A stretch of 64,000 nucleotides of DNA from Octopus vulgaris (GCA_951406725.2 OX597830.1:20894001-20958000); one strand, 5' to 3'; shown: positions 1 through 13,011, numbered from the stretch's first letter. Made by a program: numbers and translations. The notes: generated from the letters alone by a model not told the origin.

Positions 1-121
1 ATGCGGTGCGGTGACAAAACAAGGCAAAATAATGGTTCTTTTCTTTTTGAGGTAGAGAAATTCTTTCTTCGGTGGGACATTGGCTTTCTCTTCTCTGCAG
101 CATCAGCATCACTTATCGCTA

Positions 122-125
122 CAAT

Positions 126-211
<86 letters not shown>

Positions 212-317
212 TTTAATTATCACCACTGCTACTACTGCTATTACTAGCATTGCAACAGCCTCTTCAGGCGCCACCACTAACGCCAATACTACTTCGTCGA
301 CGTCAAACAGCACTACA

Positions 318-351
<34 letters not shown>

Positions 352-720
352 GTCTTACAACCACCACTACTACTAACACCGCCACTATCATTGCTACTAT
401 CACAACATTACACTACCACTACTACTAATATTGCTACTACTACCACTACCACACTTAGTCTTACAACCACCACTACTACTAACACCGCCACTATCATTGC
501 TACTATCACAACATTACACTACCACTACTACTACTATTGCTACTACTACCACTACCACTAGTCTTACAACCACCACTACCACTTCCACCACCTCCACCCC
601 TACGCCACCACCGTCACTACTGCTACCACCAACACCATCACTACTACTACAATAATTACAACCACAGTTATTTCTGACACCACCACCTACTACTTCTACT
701 ACTACCACAACCACCCCAAC
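122..720. repeat. (ACT)n/(GCT)n/(ACC)n low-complexity tract with an ~105-bp unit repeated about three times
   Basis: Pure ACT and GCT runs; AGTCTTACAACCACCACTAC recurs at 351, 457 and 560. Confidence 0.9.
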
Positions 721-935
721 ATCAGCACCAATACCACTGTTACTAGAGCCACAACAGTCACACTTACGAACACTATGGCCAAATCACTAGCTCCACATAC
801 AGTTGCGACACCAACATTACTGTAACCGAAACCTCTTGGTACCCGAATGATTCGAACGCAGATCCTGAAATTGGATCTTTCGTCTTTAACCGTGTGTCAC
901 ACCAAACAGGTTGTCGCCGACAGATATGTCTACGT

Positions 936-1155
936 CAGTGCTTTTCAAACTTTTTGCTAGAGCGGAACCCCAAGGAAACATTCCACTGGCTCGAGGAACC
1001 CCTGTGCAATGATTTAATAGTCTTATGCACACATATCTGCGCAGGAGAATTTAAAAATTACTGCCGATTTTAGCAGTTTTGTAACTTCTTGCGGAACCCC
1101 TAGACTGTACTGGCGCAACCCTAAGGTTCCGCGGAACCCTGGTTGAAAACCACTG
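936..1155. mobile_element. hAT (Charlie-like) MITE, 220 bp
   Basis: TIRs CAGTGCTTTTCAAAC...GGTTGAAAACCACTG; exact 8-bp TSD GTCTACGT (928-935, 1156-1163); internal GGAACCC subrepeats. Confidence 0.9.
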
Positions 1156-1542
1156 GTCTACGTCATCATCTTTTGGACAAATCAACTGGCGTAACAATCC
1201 GATCATTCACCCAGATGCATCTGACGTCAACAGACACGCTTAAGTAATCACCTTTCGAACCAATGGAGGTTTTGTGCACCGTTTTTGATTCTTTGGACGC
1301 TTACTGATTCCATAGAATCATGTAACAGTCTGCGACTGCTTCCAGCCAGGCAGGCAGGCAGGGCTCATGATATATACATCTTTGTATCGCAGGGGCAAAT
1401 AGCATTTGCCTCAGAATCCAGAAGCCAGTTTCGCATACGTGTATAGCAGGGTATTTTAATAATACAGTTATCATCCATGAAATGGGTCGGTCCAAGCCAT
1501 CGAAGTGGTCGTTGGCGTAAAAAAGTAAAAACAACGAGAATG

Positions 1543-1720
1543 TGGCTGTGTGGTAAGTAGCTTGCTTACCAACCACATGGTTCCGGGTTCAGTCCCACTG
1601 TGTGACACCTTGGGTAAGTGTCTTCTACTATTGCCTCGGGTCGACCAAAGTCTTGTGAGTGGATTTAGTAGACGGAAACTGAAAGAAGCCCGTCGTATGT
1701 ATGTATATATATATGTGTGT
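1543..1720 (+). mobile_element. tRNA-derived SINE family A, 5' half
   Basis: TGGCTGTGTGGTAAG (A-box-like) and GGTTCAGTCCC (B-box-like) head, body ending GAAAGAAGCCCGTCG then TA/TG repeat; more than 20 copies in the window. Confidence 0.85.
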
Positions 1721-1914
1721 GTTTCGGAAGCAACCCAAGGAAGATACCAACAAGTGTGAGGAGGAGTGCATGTACTTGCTTGACTCCGATTTTCACTTCA
1801 AGTTCTTTGGATATAGATCCGCTATATTGCACAGTGCTCACAGAAAAATCTTATTGTAGTTAACAAAGTTAGGTAGACGGCATACGAGCGGTAACATTTT
1901 AAACAGACCATCCT

Positions 1915-1990
1915 TACATACGACGGGTTTCTTTCAGTTTCCGTCTACCAAATCCACTCACAAGGCTTTGGTCAACCCGAGGCAATAGTA
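1915..1990 (-). mobile_element. SINE family A fragment, inverted relative to 1543-1720
   Basis: Reverse complement of the family A body. Confidence 0.8.
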
Positions 1991-2213
1991 ACGTTGAGTA
2001 AATTCAAAGAAATCTTCACTCCGTCCATTCAGCTCTATCTGTAATTAAATTATCGTTATGCTTATGCTGTCGATTTCCTTCAGACCAATATCTTCCTGTT
2101 ACAGTGTCAGGAGGCTATTTGACAGACTGCTCCAATACTCATTATTAATACCATTCTGACCATTTCCTGAATTAAGTTTCTAGCTGTTGTAATTGCCGAA
2201 TGGTTCTTTATAG

Positions 2214-2865
2214 TCATCATCATCATTGTTCGACCGTGGTCGAGACAATGGAATTTACTATGCTACGCCAGACTTCACGGTCCATCATAGCATTACGGAG
2301 GTCCTGTTGCTGGAGGCCTGTATCCCTGGAGATTACATAAGGGTAGAAGAGTGTGCACCCTCTGGTATCGCGAGTAGATGGCTTCCAGAGGAGAAGAGTA
2401 GAAATTGCCTCGTTTTCAGCTCTACAACAATGTCCAGCAAACTGGACTCTCCTACCTTTCACAAGAGATGATACAGGTGGTAGTTTCCCATATATTTGTA
2501 CTTTGGTTGGATGACGCTTCCACGAGAGATTTTGAGCTCACATTAACAGGCGAGTGTAAGTTCCATCCAACCGCCTCTCAAGCTTCTTTGATAACGTCCA
2601 GGTTTCTGAGCCATATAGTAGAATTTACAATCTCTTGAACAAACCTCAAATTGTGTAGGTCTTTACCTCAATGAGTCCAAGACTGAATATGTAAACAGGT
2701 GTCTGTCCAACAGTGATTTCATCATCCATACTCTCAACAATACGTCCTTAAATATGGTTTCTGATTACAAATATCTTGGGTCATACATATCATCATCTGG
2801 AAAAGATTTTCTAACTAGAAAGGGTATGGCCTGGTAAGCCTGTAATGACATACATAATATCTTTG
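2214..2865 (-). mobile_element. Decayed RTE-clade LINE 3' end with an inverted upstream segment
   Basis: Minus strand 2214-~2626 reads ILLYGSETWTLSKKLERRLDGTYTRLL...RRVQFAGHC...LLLWKP...DTGL...AMMDREVW* then a (TGA)n tail; plus strand ~2648-2860 reads VGLYLNESKTEY...DYKYLGSYISSS...RKGMAW*ACND. Confidence 0.85.
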
Positions 2866-3322
2866 TAGTAGACAATCTTTGTAGTCTTGGAGAGCATTGC
2901 GTTTAGCAGCAATGTGGGAGTCTAATGTATCTGAGTTGAATGAATGTCAATCGTTGGCCCGAACGCATTTCTTACTCTCTAAAGCTTCTACTACCGCAAT
3001 GTGAATGATAGTTTGAGATTGTCTCAAAGATAGGTTACATCAAATGTCTCACTATTACCCAGGAAAATAGATTAGAGGCATGTGTTGAAGTCGTACACCT
3101 TTTTGAATTTGCAGCTTATGTCAGGCCTATGCGCCGCTTCCTCTTAGGCTTAGCACTAGCATTATGAATCTTCTTTCATTACAACCTGACTTTCGTGTGG
3201 ACAAGCCAATGATTTGTGTCATAAACTCCATCCTGGTACTGTATATAACGAAATAGACTTTTGAGGTGAACTCGCCTGGCCGTGATGAAGTGACACTGGT
3301 GTCAATGTTTAGATCTTGGATA

Positions 3323-3553
3323 CACTCTTTACTCTTTTACTTGTTTCAGTCATTTGACTGCGGCCACGCTGGAGCACCGCCTTTTGGTCGAGCAAATCGA
3401 CCCCAGGACTTATTCTTTGCACGCCTAGTACTTATTCTATCGGTCTCTTTTGCCGAACCGCTAAGTTACGGGGACGTAAACACACCAGTATCGGTTGTCA
3501 AGTGATGTTGGGGGGGCAAACACAGACACACAAACACGGACACACACACACAC

Positions 3554-3628
<75 letters not shown>

Positions 3629-3783
3629 CATATATACGACGGGCTTCTTTCAGTTTCACAAGGGTTTGGTCGACCCGAGGCTATAGTAGAAGACACTTGG
3701 CCAAGGTGCTACGCAGTGGGACAGAACGCGGAACCATGTGGTTCGTAAGCAAGCTACTTACCACACAGCCACTCCTACGCCTG
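3323..3783 (-). mobile_element. SINE family A, full length
   Basis: tRNA-like head at ~3720-3783, internal (TA)(TG) microsatellite, 3' tail GTAAAAGAGTAAAAGAG. Confidence 0.9.
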
Positions 3784-4165
3784 TATCTCCAGGATTCTCC
3801 GTGATGAGGTTTAGTGCCAAAGCAGGTATTAGTGATATCTGCTTTGCAATTCTAGGAGGTTTTGAAGAGCAATTGTGAGACGCTTTGACCAGTGTTATTA
3901 GCCTTGCCAGCACCGTAGGCAAATCAAATGAACGATTTCATTATAACAAACGATTTTAGCATCACCGTCATCTTTTACTACCAAAAAGCACATTTTGATG
4001 GAAACTACTTTATACAGCTTTTCTACTGGCTATGAAGCTAAGTTTTCATGAAAACACCTTCAGCAGCAGTGAGTCTAGGAACTTTTACATGCAAAGAAGA
4101 TCGATAAATACATCAGATGAATTCAGGCATAGGGAAAGCACGCATTCAATATCTGAACTATCACC

Positions 4166-5115
4166 TAAGGCAGCGAGCTGACAGAATCGTCAGCGCGTCG
4201 GACGAAGTGCTTTGCGACATTTCGTCTGCCCTTACGTTCTGAGTTCAAATTCCGCTGAGGTTGAGTTTGCCTTTCATCCTTTCGGAGTCGTACGGGGATC
4301 GATGTAATCGACTGGCTTCCTCCCCAAAAATTTCGGGCCCTGTGCCTAGAATAGAAAATAATATTTAGTTTATATAGTTATAAAGGCGGCAAGCTAGCAG
4401 AAACGTTAGCACGCCAGGCGAAATGCTTCACTGTATTTCGTCTGCCGTTACGTCCTGAGTTCAAATTCCGCCGAGGTCGACTTTGCCTTTCATCCTTTCG
4501 GGGTCGATAAATTGGGTACCAGTTACGCACTGGGGTTGATGTAATCGACTCAATCCGTTTGTCTGTCCTTGTTTGTCCCCTCTGTGTTTAGATCCTTGTG
4601 GGTAGTAAAGAAATAGGTATTTCGTCTGCCATTACGTTCTGAGTTCAAATTCCACCGAGGTTGACTTTGCCTTTCATATTTCGGGGTCGATAAATTAAGT
4701 ACCAATTACGCACTGGGATCGATGTAATCGACTCAATCCGTTTGTCTGTCTTTGTTTGTCCTCTCTGTGTTTAGCCCTTTGTGTGTAGTAAAGAAATAGG
4801 TATTTCGTCAGTTTTTACGTTCTGAGTTCAAATTCCGTCGGGGTCGACTTTACCTTTCATCCTTTCATCCTCGATAAATTAAGTACGCGTTGCGTACTCG
4901 GGTCGATCTAATCGACAAGACCCCTACCCAAAAATTTTGGGCCTTGTACCTAGAGTAGAAAAGAATATCTGAAATATTACCTAAGGCAGCGAGCTGACAG
5001 AATTGTCAGTGCGCCGGTCGATAAATCAAGAACCAGTTGAACTCTGGGGTTGATGTATTCGACTTATTCCCATCTCCCGAAATTTCTGGCCTTGTGCAAA
5101 ACATTGAAATCAATA
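4166..5115 (+). mobile_element. Cluster of SINE family B copies including a 3x ~183-bp tandem body array (4433-4965)
   Basis: Heads AAGGC(A/G)GC(G/A)AGCT at ~4167, 4383 and 4984; body GAGTTCAAATTCC...GCCTTTCATCCTTTCGGGGTCGATAAA, which resembles the Meta/Sauria-type SINE central motif (from memory, unverified). Confidence 0.8.
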
Positions 5116-5154
5116 TCAGAGCCATCACTTAGCAAACCCTGCACCATGTTCAAA

Positions 5155-5416
5155 TGATTGTGAACATTGTTCGAAAATAATAGTTCGAAAACAATTCCTC
5201 GAAAACAATTATTCCAAAAACATTTATTCGAATGGAAAATTGTATGAAAGGAAATTATTCAAAAGGACAATTATACGAAATGTTAATTATTCTAATTTTA
5301 AAAATTTTATTGAAGCAAAAGTTAAAAATCAAGTGGACAAATGATATTTAGTTCGAATAACTGTTTTTTGAATAATTGTTTTCGAATAATAGTTTTCGAA
5401 CAGTTTTCATGATACG
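5155..5416. mobile_element. Foldback-like MITE with ~15-bp inverted subrepeats
   Basis: Left AAACAATTATTCGAA-like repeats mirrored by right TTCGAATAATTGTTT-like repeats; GTTCAAA direct repeat at 5148-5154 and 5417-5423. Confidence 0.6.
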
Positions 5417-5689
5417 GTTCAAACTGTTTTGTTTTCCTTCTTGCTCGGCCATAAGCATGAATGGCATTCTTATTTTAGGATTCCAGAATTTTCCTAACGA
5501 ATCTTTTGGGTAGCCGCTATATCTGTTTGTAAAGTGGGGGAATTCGTCGCTGTTTATGGTGGTTGTTTTCTGAATATCGTTGTTGACCAGAAGGTCGCTT
5601 AAAATCCGAATATCATGAAGCGAATATTCATTAAGTACCGTGTTTTGTTTTTTTGGGTTTTTTTTCCCCTTTTCCTGTGGTAGTCGTAG

Positions 5690-6087
5690 TAGCAGCAGCA
5701 GTTGTTGTTGTTGAGCGAACGGTCTTCGTCCCAGAGCTCGAAAGATGGGAGAAGTCCGAAACGTGGTCCTTTGCTATTCATAAGACCCGCAGAAGAGAAA
5801 GCAGGTCAACCCCCGCCGACACCGAGAGCATCGATGGATGGATGAATACGCATCCAGGCTCAGCGGTTGCGTAGGAAGTCGGGGACAAGAAAGAGGAAGA
5901 AACAGTGAGAGAAAGTTGGAGCGAAAGAGTACAACAGGGGTCGCCACCCCCACCCCCCTGCCGGAGCCTCGTGGAGCCTTTAGGTGTTTTCGCTCAATAA
6001 ACACACACAACGCCCGATCTAGGAATCGAAACCGCGATCCTCCGACTGCGAGTCCGCTGCCCTAACCATTGGGCCATTGCGCTTCCG
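5690..6087 (-). mobile_element. tRNA-derived SINE family C
   Basis: Minus-strand head GGAAGCGCAATGGCCCAATGGTTAGGGCAGCGGACTCGC...GGTTTCGATTCC; (CAA)n tail; related copies at 17055-17185 and 23371-23643. Confidence 0.8.
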
Positions 6088-6097
6088 CTGCTGTTAC

Positions 6098-6137
<40 letters not shown>

Positions 6138-6197
6138 GATAATGATGAATCGACGACGAAGACGACAATGATTTTGTAAAGGGATTCGATGCAACAC

Positions 6198-6530
6198 AGA
6201 GAGAGAGAGAGTGAGAGAGAATGGGAGAGAGAGAGAGAAAAAGAGAGACAGAGAAAGAGAGAGAGAGAAAGAGAGAAAGAGAGAATAAGAGAACAGAAAG
6301 AATGTTAAAAAAAAACGAAAAAGAAAAGAAAAGACAAGTAAAGAACGAAATGAAAACGTAAGATAAGAAAAGAAAGAACAAGAGGGGAAACAAAGACAGA
6401 AAGAACGAAAAAAAACGAAAGGGAGGAAGAATGAAAGAAAAGGAGTAAAAAGAGAGTAGCAAGAAGAAAGTGCAAGAGAAAGAAAGAGGGTGAAAGAAAA
6501 GAGAAAATTTTAAAAAAAGGAAGAAAACTC
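6198..6530. repeat. (GA)n / purine-rich low-complexity tract
   Basis: Almost pure A/G composition. Confidence 0.9.
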
Positions 6531-6659
6531 AAAACTAATACGAAATATTTCAGATGAAATCTTGAAAAAATCTACAGGATATTTGTTGTCAGCCTAACAC
6601 AAGATCCGTTTTTGGTGGGTTTTAAACAGTTGGGGGTGACTATATAATGGTAATCATAT

Positions 6660-7207
6660 TTGGAGGCGGTGGTGGTGTCAGGGGTGGCAATAGGGGTGGT
6701 GGGTGGTAGTGGTCGTCGTCGTAGTAGTAGTCGTGCTGGCGATGGTGGTGGGGATGCTGGTGGTAGTGGTGGTGTGGGTCGCTGTCGTGCTAATGACGAT
6801 GGTGGTGGTGGTGGTGGTTGTGGTAGCAAGGGTGGTAGCAATGGTAGTGGTGGTGGTTGTGGTGGTAGTGGTCGTCGTCGTAGTCGTGCTGGTGACGGTG
6901 GTGGTAGTGGTGGTGGTGGTGGTTGGGGTAGCAAGAGTGGCAATGGTGGTGGTAGTGGTGGTGGTGGTGGTTGGGGTAGCAAGAGTGGCAATGGTGGTGG
7001 TGTTAGTTGTGGTGGTGGTAGTGGTCGTCGTCGTTGTCGCCGTTCTGGTGGTGGTGATGGAGGCGGTGGTGGCGGTGGTAGTGACGGCGGTGGTGTGGGT
7101 GATGATGGTAACGATGACGGTGGTAGTGTTGGCAGTGGTGATGGTGGCGATAGTGGAGGTGTCACTGGTGGTGATGTGATGATGCATGGTGGTGATGGTG
7201 CTTGTGG

Positions 7208-7257
<50 letters not shown>

Positions 7258-7350
7258 GCGGCGATTGTGATCGTCGTGGTGGTTATGGTGGCAGTGGTGT
7301 CGGCGCCAAAAGCGGCAGCGGTGACGGCAGTGCTGACGACGGCACTGGAG
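6660..7350. repeat. Degenerate (GGT)n/(GAT)n trinucleotide tract with an internal ~42-bp duplication
   Basis: GGTTGGGGTAGCAAGAGTGGCAATGGTGGTGG occurs at ~6921 and ~6969. Confidence 0.85.
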
Positions 7351-7949
7351 TAGGAGGTACTGTTTGTGTGGGTGAGGTAAGAGTAGGTTACTTGAAATAG
7401 CTCGTCTGATACTGCACATAAATAAACAATATTTAAAAGCTAAAGAAACTGTCGAGAACACTGCAAACCACGAATCTTTTGTGTCAGCTGTTAAAAGACA
7501 AAACACACCAAGTGGTTTGATCATGTAACATGACACTATGACGTTCTATCTCTGGCGAGGAAGTCTCACCACAGTCACACATTACTAGAAATAGCAACAG
7601 AGTGTCATTAAGTAAACATAAAAAAGGGTGTATGGGACATTGTAGGTTTGAGATAAGCTATGTTTGAAATGGAAAACATGATGGTTATGGCTAGACTGTC
7701 TAAAATATTTACATCGTAAAGCTGATCGCTCGCTCACTCGGCATTGACCTGGTGCTAAACAGTAACATGGGTTTCTTACTTATATGTCCACGCACTGACA
7801 AATACTCGGTTAAAGACATAGGAAGATTACAAAGGAGAGGCAAGCGTGTTGAACAACATTACAGTATGGGAGGCTAAGGAAGAGGATGGAAAGGGTGTGG
7901 CTAGTTGAAGGTCAGGAAAGAAGTACGAAAAGTGTTCAAAATAAAATAT

Positions 7950-8158
7950 TTTTTATCTTTTACTTGTTTCAGTCATTAGATTGCAGCCATGCTGGGGGGC
8001 ACAGCCTTGAAGAATTGTTAATTGGATGGATCGACCCCAGTACTTTTTTTAAAGCCTGCTACGTATTTTATCGCTAAGTTACGGATACATACACACACTC
8101 AAACCGGTTGTTAAATAGTGGTGGGGACAAACACAGTTACAAATACACACACACACAC
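7950..8158 (-). mobile_element. SINE family A, diverged 3' half
   Basis: TTTACTTGTTTCAGTCATT...GCCATGCTGGGG...TCGACCCCAG. Confidence 0.7.
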
Positions 8159-8285
8159 GGATCCCTACATCCAGCTTTAGTTGTGATCTTGGAACCTAAT
8201 AGCACTTACCCAGTGTACGTATTCGTTTAGATCACCACACATGAGTTAAACCCCCTCGTATTCTTTATATGATGCAGCGCGGAGT

Positions 8286-8332
8286 TTTGTCAGTGAACAG
8301 GTCGCGGTCTCAACGCGACGAAATTTGGTAAA
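8286..8332 (+). ncRNA. Minimal hammerhead-like motif, G3-C8 core variant, in a Penelope-like fragment (~8278-8415)
   Basis: TTTGTCA-GTGAACA-G-GTCGCG(gtctcaa)CGCGAC-GAA-A-TT-TGGTAAA; stem I pairs using two G-U wobbles; stem III is absent. Confidence 0.55.
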
Positions 8333-8892
8333 TTAAATTTAAATGCTGAAGTGAATGTAACGGTTTTTGTGCGTTTTTAAATGACTTATAAATAAACACC
8401 TTCCACGCTGCAATTGTGTGTGTGTGCGTGTGTGTGTGTGTGTCAGTGGCGACTCCGGGACTGGGACTGTTCGGGCTTAGTTCGAGTGTAAATTTAGTAA
8501 AGTGAATGTGTATTTGCAGCTTGATTTAATTTCTGCCATCACTGACTTCAAGTGTGTAATTGTAGCCTTATAACTGGGGCTCCTCTTATTGAGCCTGGTC
8601 GCAGTTCATTTACTTTTAATTCAGCGTCTGGCGGTCGTCCTAGAGGTGTCCTGTGTCAAAAAATATCATTCGTAGCAGACGTTCTCTCGACATCGTTCAC
8701 ACGCGCCTGACTCTGGCTCAGAATTTACAGCCTGAGTTTTTATCTATAATCGTCAAAATTTAAAATAATCCAAATTCAATGTTCTATGGAATGGTGAAAC
8801 TATTTTTTCGTTCTCTTGAAAAATGCAAAGTTTGGGACTTACGACACTTTTGCATAATAGCAGCGATATACAAAATGCTGGGTATATTTACA

Positions 8893-9110
8893 TCTATTTC
8901 TTTACTACCCACAAGGGGCTAAACACAGAAGAGACAAACAAGGACAGACAGACGGATCAAGTCGATTATATCGACCCCAGTGCGTTACTGGTACTTAATT
9001 TATCGACCCCGAAAGGATGAAAGGCAAAGTCGACCTCGGCGGAATTTGAGCTCAGAACGTAGCGGCAGACGAAATACGGCTACGCATTTCGCCCGGCGTG
9101 CTAACGTTTC
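8893..9110 (-). mobile_element. SINE family B
   Basis: Reverse complement of the 4433-4615 unit plus part of the head. Confidence 0.85.
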
Positions 9111-9112
9111 TC

Positions 9113-9348
9113 TCTCTTTTACTCTTTTACCCTTTTACTTGATTTAGTCATTTGACTGCTGGAGCACCGCTTTTTTAGTCGAGCAACTCCACCCCAGGAC
9201 TTATTCTTTGTAAGCCTAGTACTTATTCTATCGGTCTCTTTTGCCGAACCGCTATGTTACGGGGACGTAAACACACCAGCATCGGTTGACAAGCGATGTT
9301 GGAGGGACAAACACAGACACGCAAACACACACACACACACACACACAG

Positions 9349-9392
<44 letters not shown>

Positions 9393-9565
9393 ATATATAC
9401 GACGGGCTTTTTTTCAGTTTCCGTCTACCAAATCCACTCACAAGGCTTTGGTCGGCCCGTGGCTATAGCAGAAAACATTTGCCAAAGGTGCCACGCAGTG
9501 GGACTGAATCCGGAACCATGTGGTTGGTAAGCAAGCTACTTAACACACAGCCACTCCTGTGCCTC
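9113..9565 (-). mobile_element. SINE family A, full length
   Basis: Same structure as 3323-3783. Confidence 0.9.
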
Positions 9566-9589
9566 TGATACATTCTTAACGTTCTCTCA

Positions 9590-9642
<53 letters not shown>

Positions 9643-10019
9643 CATGCACACTTTACATTGTTCTCTTTCTTTCTCTCTTCATTTCAACTGCCCTCTCCTT
9701 CCTCTTTTTCCTCCTCATTCTCCTCCTTCTGCCCACCACCACCTAAATTCAACCAGTTATCTCCACCAAACTACCACTGTAACTATAAGATCATTCTGAA
9801 ATCTTTCTGCCCAATTAAGCCATCCATCTAACCATCAAACCATTAGGGAAAACAATCGAACCGTTCTCTATTTGGCCACCGGCCAATCCACCTGACCACC
9901 AGCCAGTCCACCTGACCACCAGCCAGTCCATCTGACCAACCACCTCAAACATCCATTCATTCATACAACCATCCAACCATCCTTCGAGCCGTTCGTACAA
10001 TCAACTTTTCTTGTCTCTA

Positions 10020-10240
10020 TGTAGTCACTCGACTTGCTAGAAATAGCAACAAAACCACTGCCAAATCATACTTCACCTGTCTTAGAAGAAGGCAAACAGA
10101 ATGGATAATGTAGTCCTGAATATTACACTTGGGTAAATGTTAATCATAGAAACCAGTTAAGACGTGATGATCACGGAGAGAACACTTGTGATCAATGGTC
10201 TGCTTTGATCCAGGGTTCGCGAGTAAGCTGAATACAGCAG
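10020..10240 (+). mobile_element. Old interspersed repeat family (CGACTTGCTAGAAATAGC...)
   Basis: Diverged similar copies at ~7575-7770, 19575-19640, 24150-24470 and 58465-58660. Confidence 0.55.
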
Positions 10241-10261
10241 TAAGCCGACGGCATCGAAACC

Positions 10262-10930
10262 TCCATCTAGCCAACCGGCCAACTGGCTAACCAAGCAACG
10301 GACAGAGCAGCCAGCCAACCAACAGATAAACCGGCCAACCAGTCAATCAGTCATCCAACAAACGATCCAAACAAATGTCCAATCAGTCAACCAGCCAATC
10401 AGCTAACTGATGATCCTTCTAGTCAGCCAACCAGCCAGTCAGTCAACCAGCTGGCAAGCAAACCTACCGGCCAACCAACCAGCCAACCAGCCAACCAACC
10501 AACCAACTAACCAACCGACCGACCGTCCGACCAGCCAACCAACCAACCAGCCAGCTATATAACGATCCAACCAACCAGCCAGCTAGCCAGCCAACCAGCG
10601 AGCCATCTAACTGACGATCCAAGCAAACGTCCAACAAACCAGCCAGCCATCCAGCTATCTAACGATCCAACCAACCAGCCGACCGACCGACCAGCCAACC
10701 AGTCGTTTAACGATCCAGCGGATCGAGCAAGCCAGCCCTGTATCTCCATCCTATCCGAGCAGCCATCTATCCGTGCAGCCAGCAGCTATAGGATCTCCAT
10801 CCAACCAACCAACCATCCATCCATTCTGCCTGTCAGCCAGCCAGCCCACCAACAGCCCAAACGGTCAGCCAGCCAGCTGAGAACAGTCAGTCAGTTAGCC
10901 AGCCGACAAACCGGTCAACCACCAACCACC
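10262..10930. repeat. Degenerate tetranucleotide (CCAA/CCAG/CCGA) tract
   Basis: 4-nt periodic AACC/AGCC/GACC/ATCC. Confidence 0.85.
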
Positions 10931-11391
10931 TCAGTAACATCAACACACAACCACCAACAACAACAGCCACCACCAACACCACTAACACCAGCATCAGTAG
11001 AATACACTGCCACCTGCTTCTATATCATTCCTCCCACTACTACCCGCTGTCTTAATCAACCACCCATGTTTTTTTTTTGTTTCTTTTTTCCGCTCTCAAC
11101 TTTCCAAAGTGTCATAGCAACAACCACCAGGTTGGATGAAGAAGCCCAGTCGTTTCTTTACTATTCTCTCTCTCACTCTCTCTCTCTCTCTTCTTTATAT
11201 CCATTTGTCCTTCACTCATTACTCACCCTCAAATCTCTTCCTGCCCCTCTCTTTCTTTCTCTCTCTCTCTCTCTCATTCACTTTGTCTCTCTCTTATCCA
11301 GATGTTCCAAGACACTCTCTCACCTTCGGTTATCTCCGTCACACACACGAACACAAACCTCTCAATCTCTCAAATACTCTCTCTTTTACAC

Positions 11392-11441
<50 letters not shown>

Positions 11442-11760
11442 ATACACGCATACACACATACACACACATATATATATATACTGAATATATATATATGTGT
11501 GTGTGTGTATTACTAAATCTTTCTCTCTCTTCCTCCCTCCTCTTATTCATAAGAAAAACTCTCCTCCAGTTCTCTTAACCATTTATGCTCACTTCCCCCG
11601 CTCTCTCTCTTTCTCTCTCTCCCTTTCAATCGTTCTCCCTCTCTTACTCTTTCACTCACACAGACATATTTACTTGCTCTGCCTCACACTCTCCGTTCCA
11701 TTTACTATTTTATCTATTAATCATTCATCTGGTTTCGAACGCAGGCTCTCTCACCACAAA

Positions 11761-11836
<76 letters not shown>

Positions 11837-12154
11837 GTATTCTAAGAGAAAATAAGACATACTTATGAATACGATATATATATATATATATATATATATA
11901 ATGCATGTATATATACATGTAGATGTCGGTACGTACATATATGTTTGTATGTATGCATATATTTTATTTATTACACTATATATATACATACATATATATA
12001 TGTGTGTGTGTGTGTGTGTGTATGCATATGTATAAGTATGTATATGTGTGTGTATTTATATTTATAACTTAACCTTATGTACTTTCTAAAATCTCTGACG
12101 AAGCCTAGAGAAACACCCAAATGCCTCAATTTCATCTACAATAATAATAACAAT

Positions 12155-12228
<74 letters not shown>

Positions 12229-12293
12229 TGATGATAATAATAACATCGAAAAATACCTTAGGAATGAGAACCCAGGTTCGAAATTTCCCCCAA

Positions 12294-12339
12294 GACACCC
12301 GAAGAAGGCTGGAGGGTATATCAGCCGAAACGTTGTGTT
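12294..12339 (+). ncRNA. Minimal hammerhead motif with U4C lesion in a Penelope-like fragment (~12240-12395) following (AAT)n
   Basis: GACAC-CCGAAGA-A-GGCTG(gagggtatat)CAGCC-GAA-ACGT-T-GTGTT. Confidence 0.6.
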
Positions 12340-12599
12340 AACAACAAACAAGATGAGGACAAATATCCGTCGAATGTAAACAATGTAAATAATACATCAA
12401 ATTGCACATTTGGACGGTCCGTATTTTAAAACTATGATTTCGAAAAAAAGCCGAAATTTTAGGATTTATGGAGGGGGCGAGGTTGGCAGATCCTGTGTGA
12501 CTATTTATTCATAACACTGTTCGAAAACAAATTTCTGTGCTATAACTGAGGACTGTAGAGAGATGGTGACTAGGAGGCCACATGAAATATATGATTGAC

Positions 12600-13011
12600 C
12601 GTGGCTGTGTGGTAAGTAGCTTGCTTACCAGCCACATGGTTCCGGGTTCAGTCCCACTGCGTGGCACCTTGAGCAAGTGTCTTCTACTATAGCCTCGGGC
12701 CGACCAAAGCCTTGTGAGTGGATTTGGTAGACGGAAACTGAAAGAAGCCCGTCGTATATATGTATAAATATATATATATGTGTGTGTGCGTGTGTACTTG
12801 TGTGTCTGTGTTTGTCCCCCTAGCATTGTTTGACAACCGATGCTGGTGTGTTTATGTCCCCGTAACTTAGCGGATCGGCAAAAGAGACCGATAGAATAAG
12901 TACTGGGCTTACAAAGAATAAGTCCCCGGGTCGAGTTGCTCGACTAAAGGCGGTACTCCAACATGGCCGCAGTCAAATGACTGAAACAAGTAAAAGAGTA
13001 AAAAAGAGTAA
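12600..13011 (+). mobile_element. SINE family A, near full length
   Basis: Head, internal microsatellite and AAAAGAGT tail. Confidence 0.9.

Noticed and set aside
4433-4965. CRISPR-like or spacer-containing array
   Set aside because: The units are whole ~183-bp SINE bodies with no unique spacers, in a eukaryotic context.
6020-6087. tRNA genes (also ~23590-23643, 56172-56235 and family A heads)
   Set aside because: tRNA-like heads continue directly into repeated SINE bodies and lack a proper acceptor stem.
6572-7400. 246-aa Gly-rich and 197-aa Pro-rich ORFs
   Set aside because: A (GGT)n expansion open in several frames on both strands; no signal peptide or other coding evidence.
12094-12115. 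CTGACGAAGCCTAGAGAAAC as a hammerhead
   Set aside because: No stem II or stem I pairing; at best a deleted remnant.
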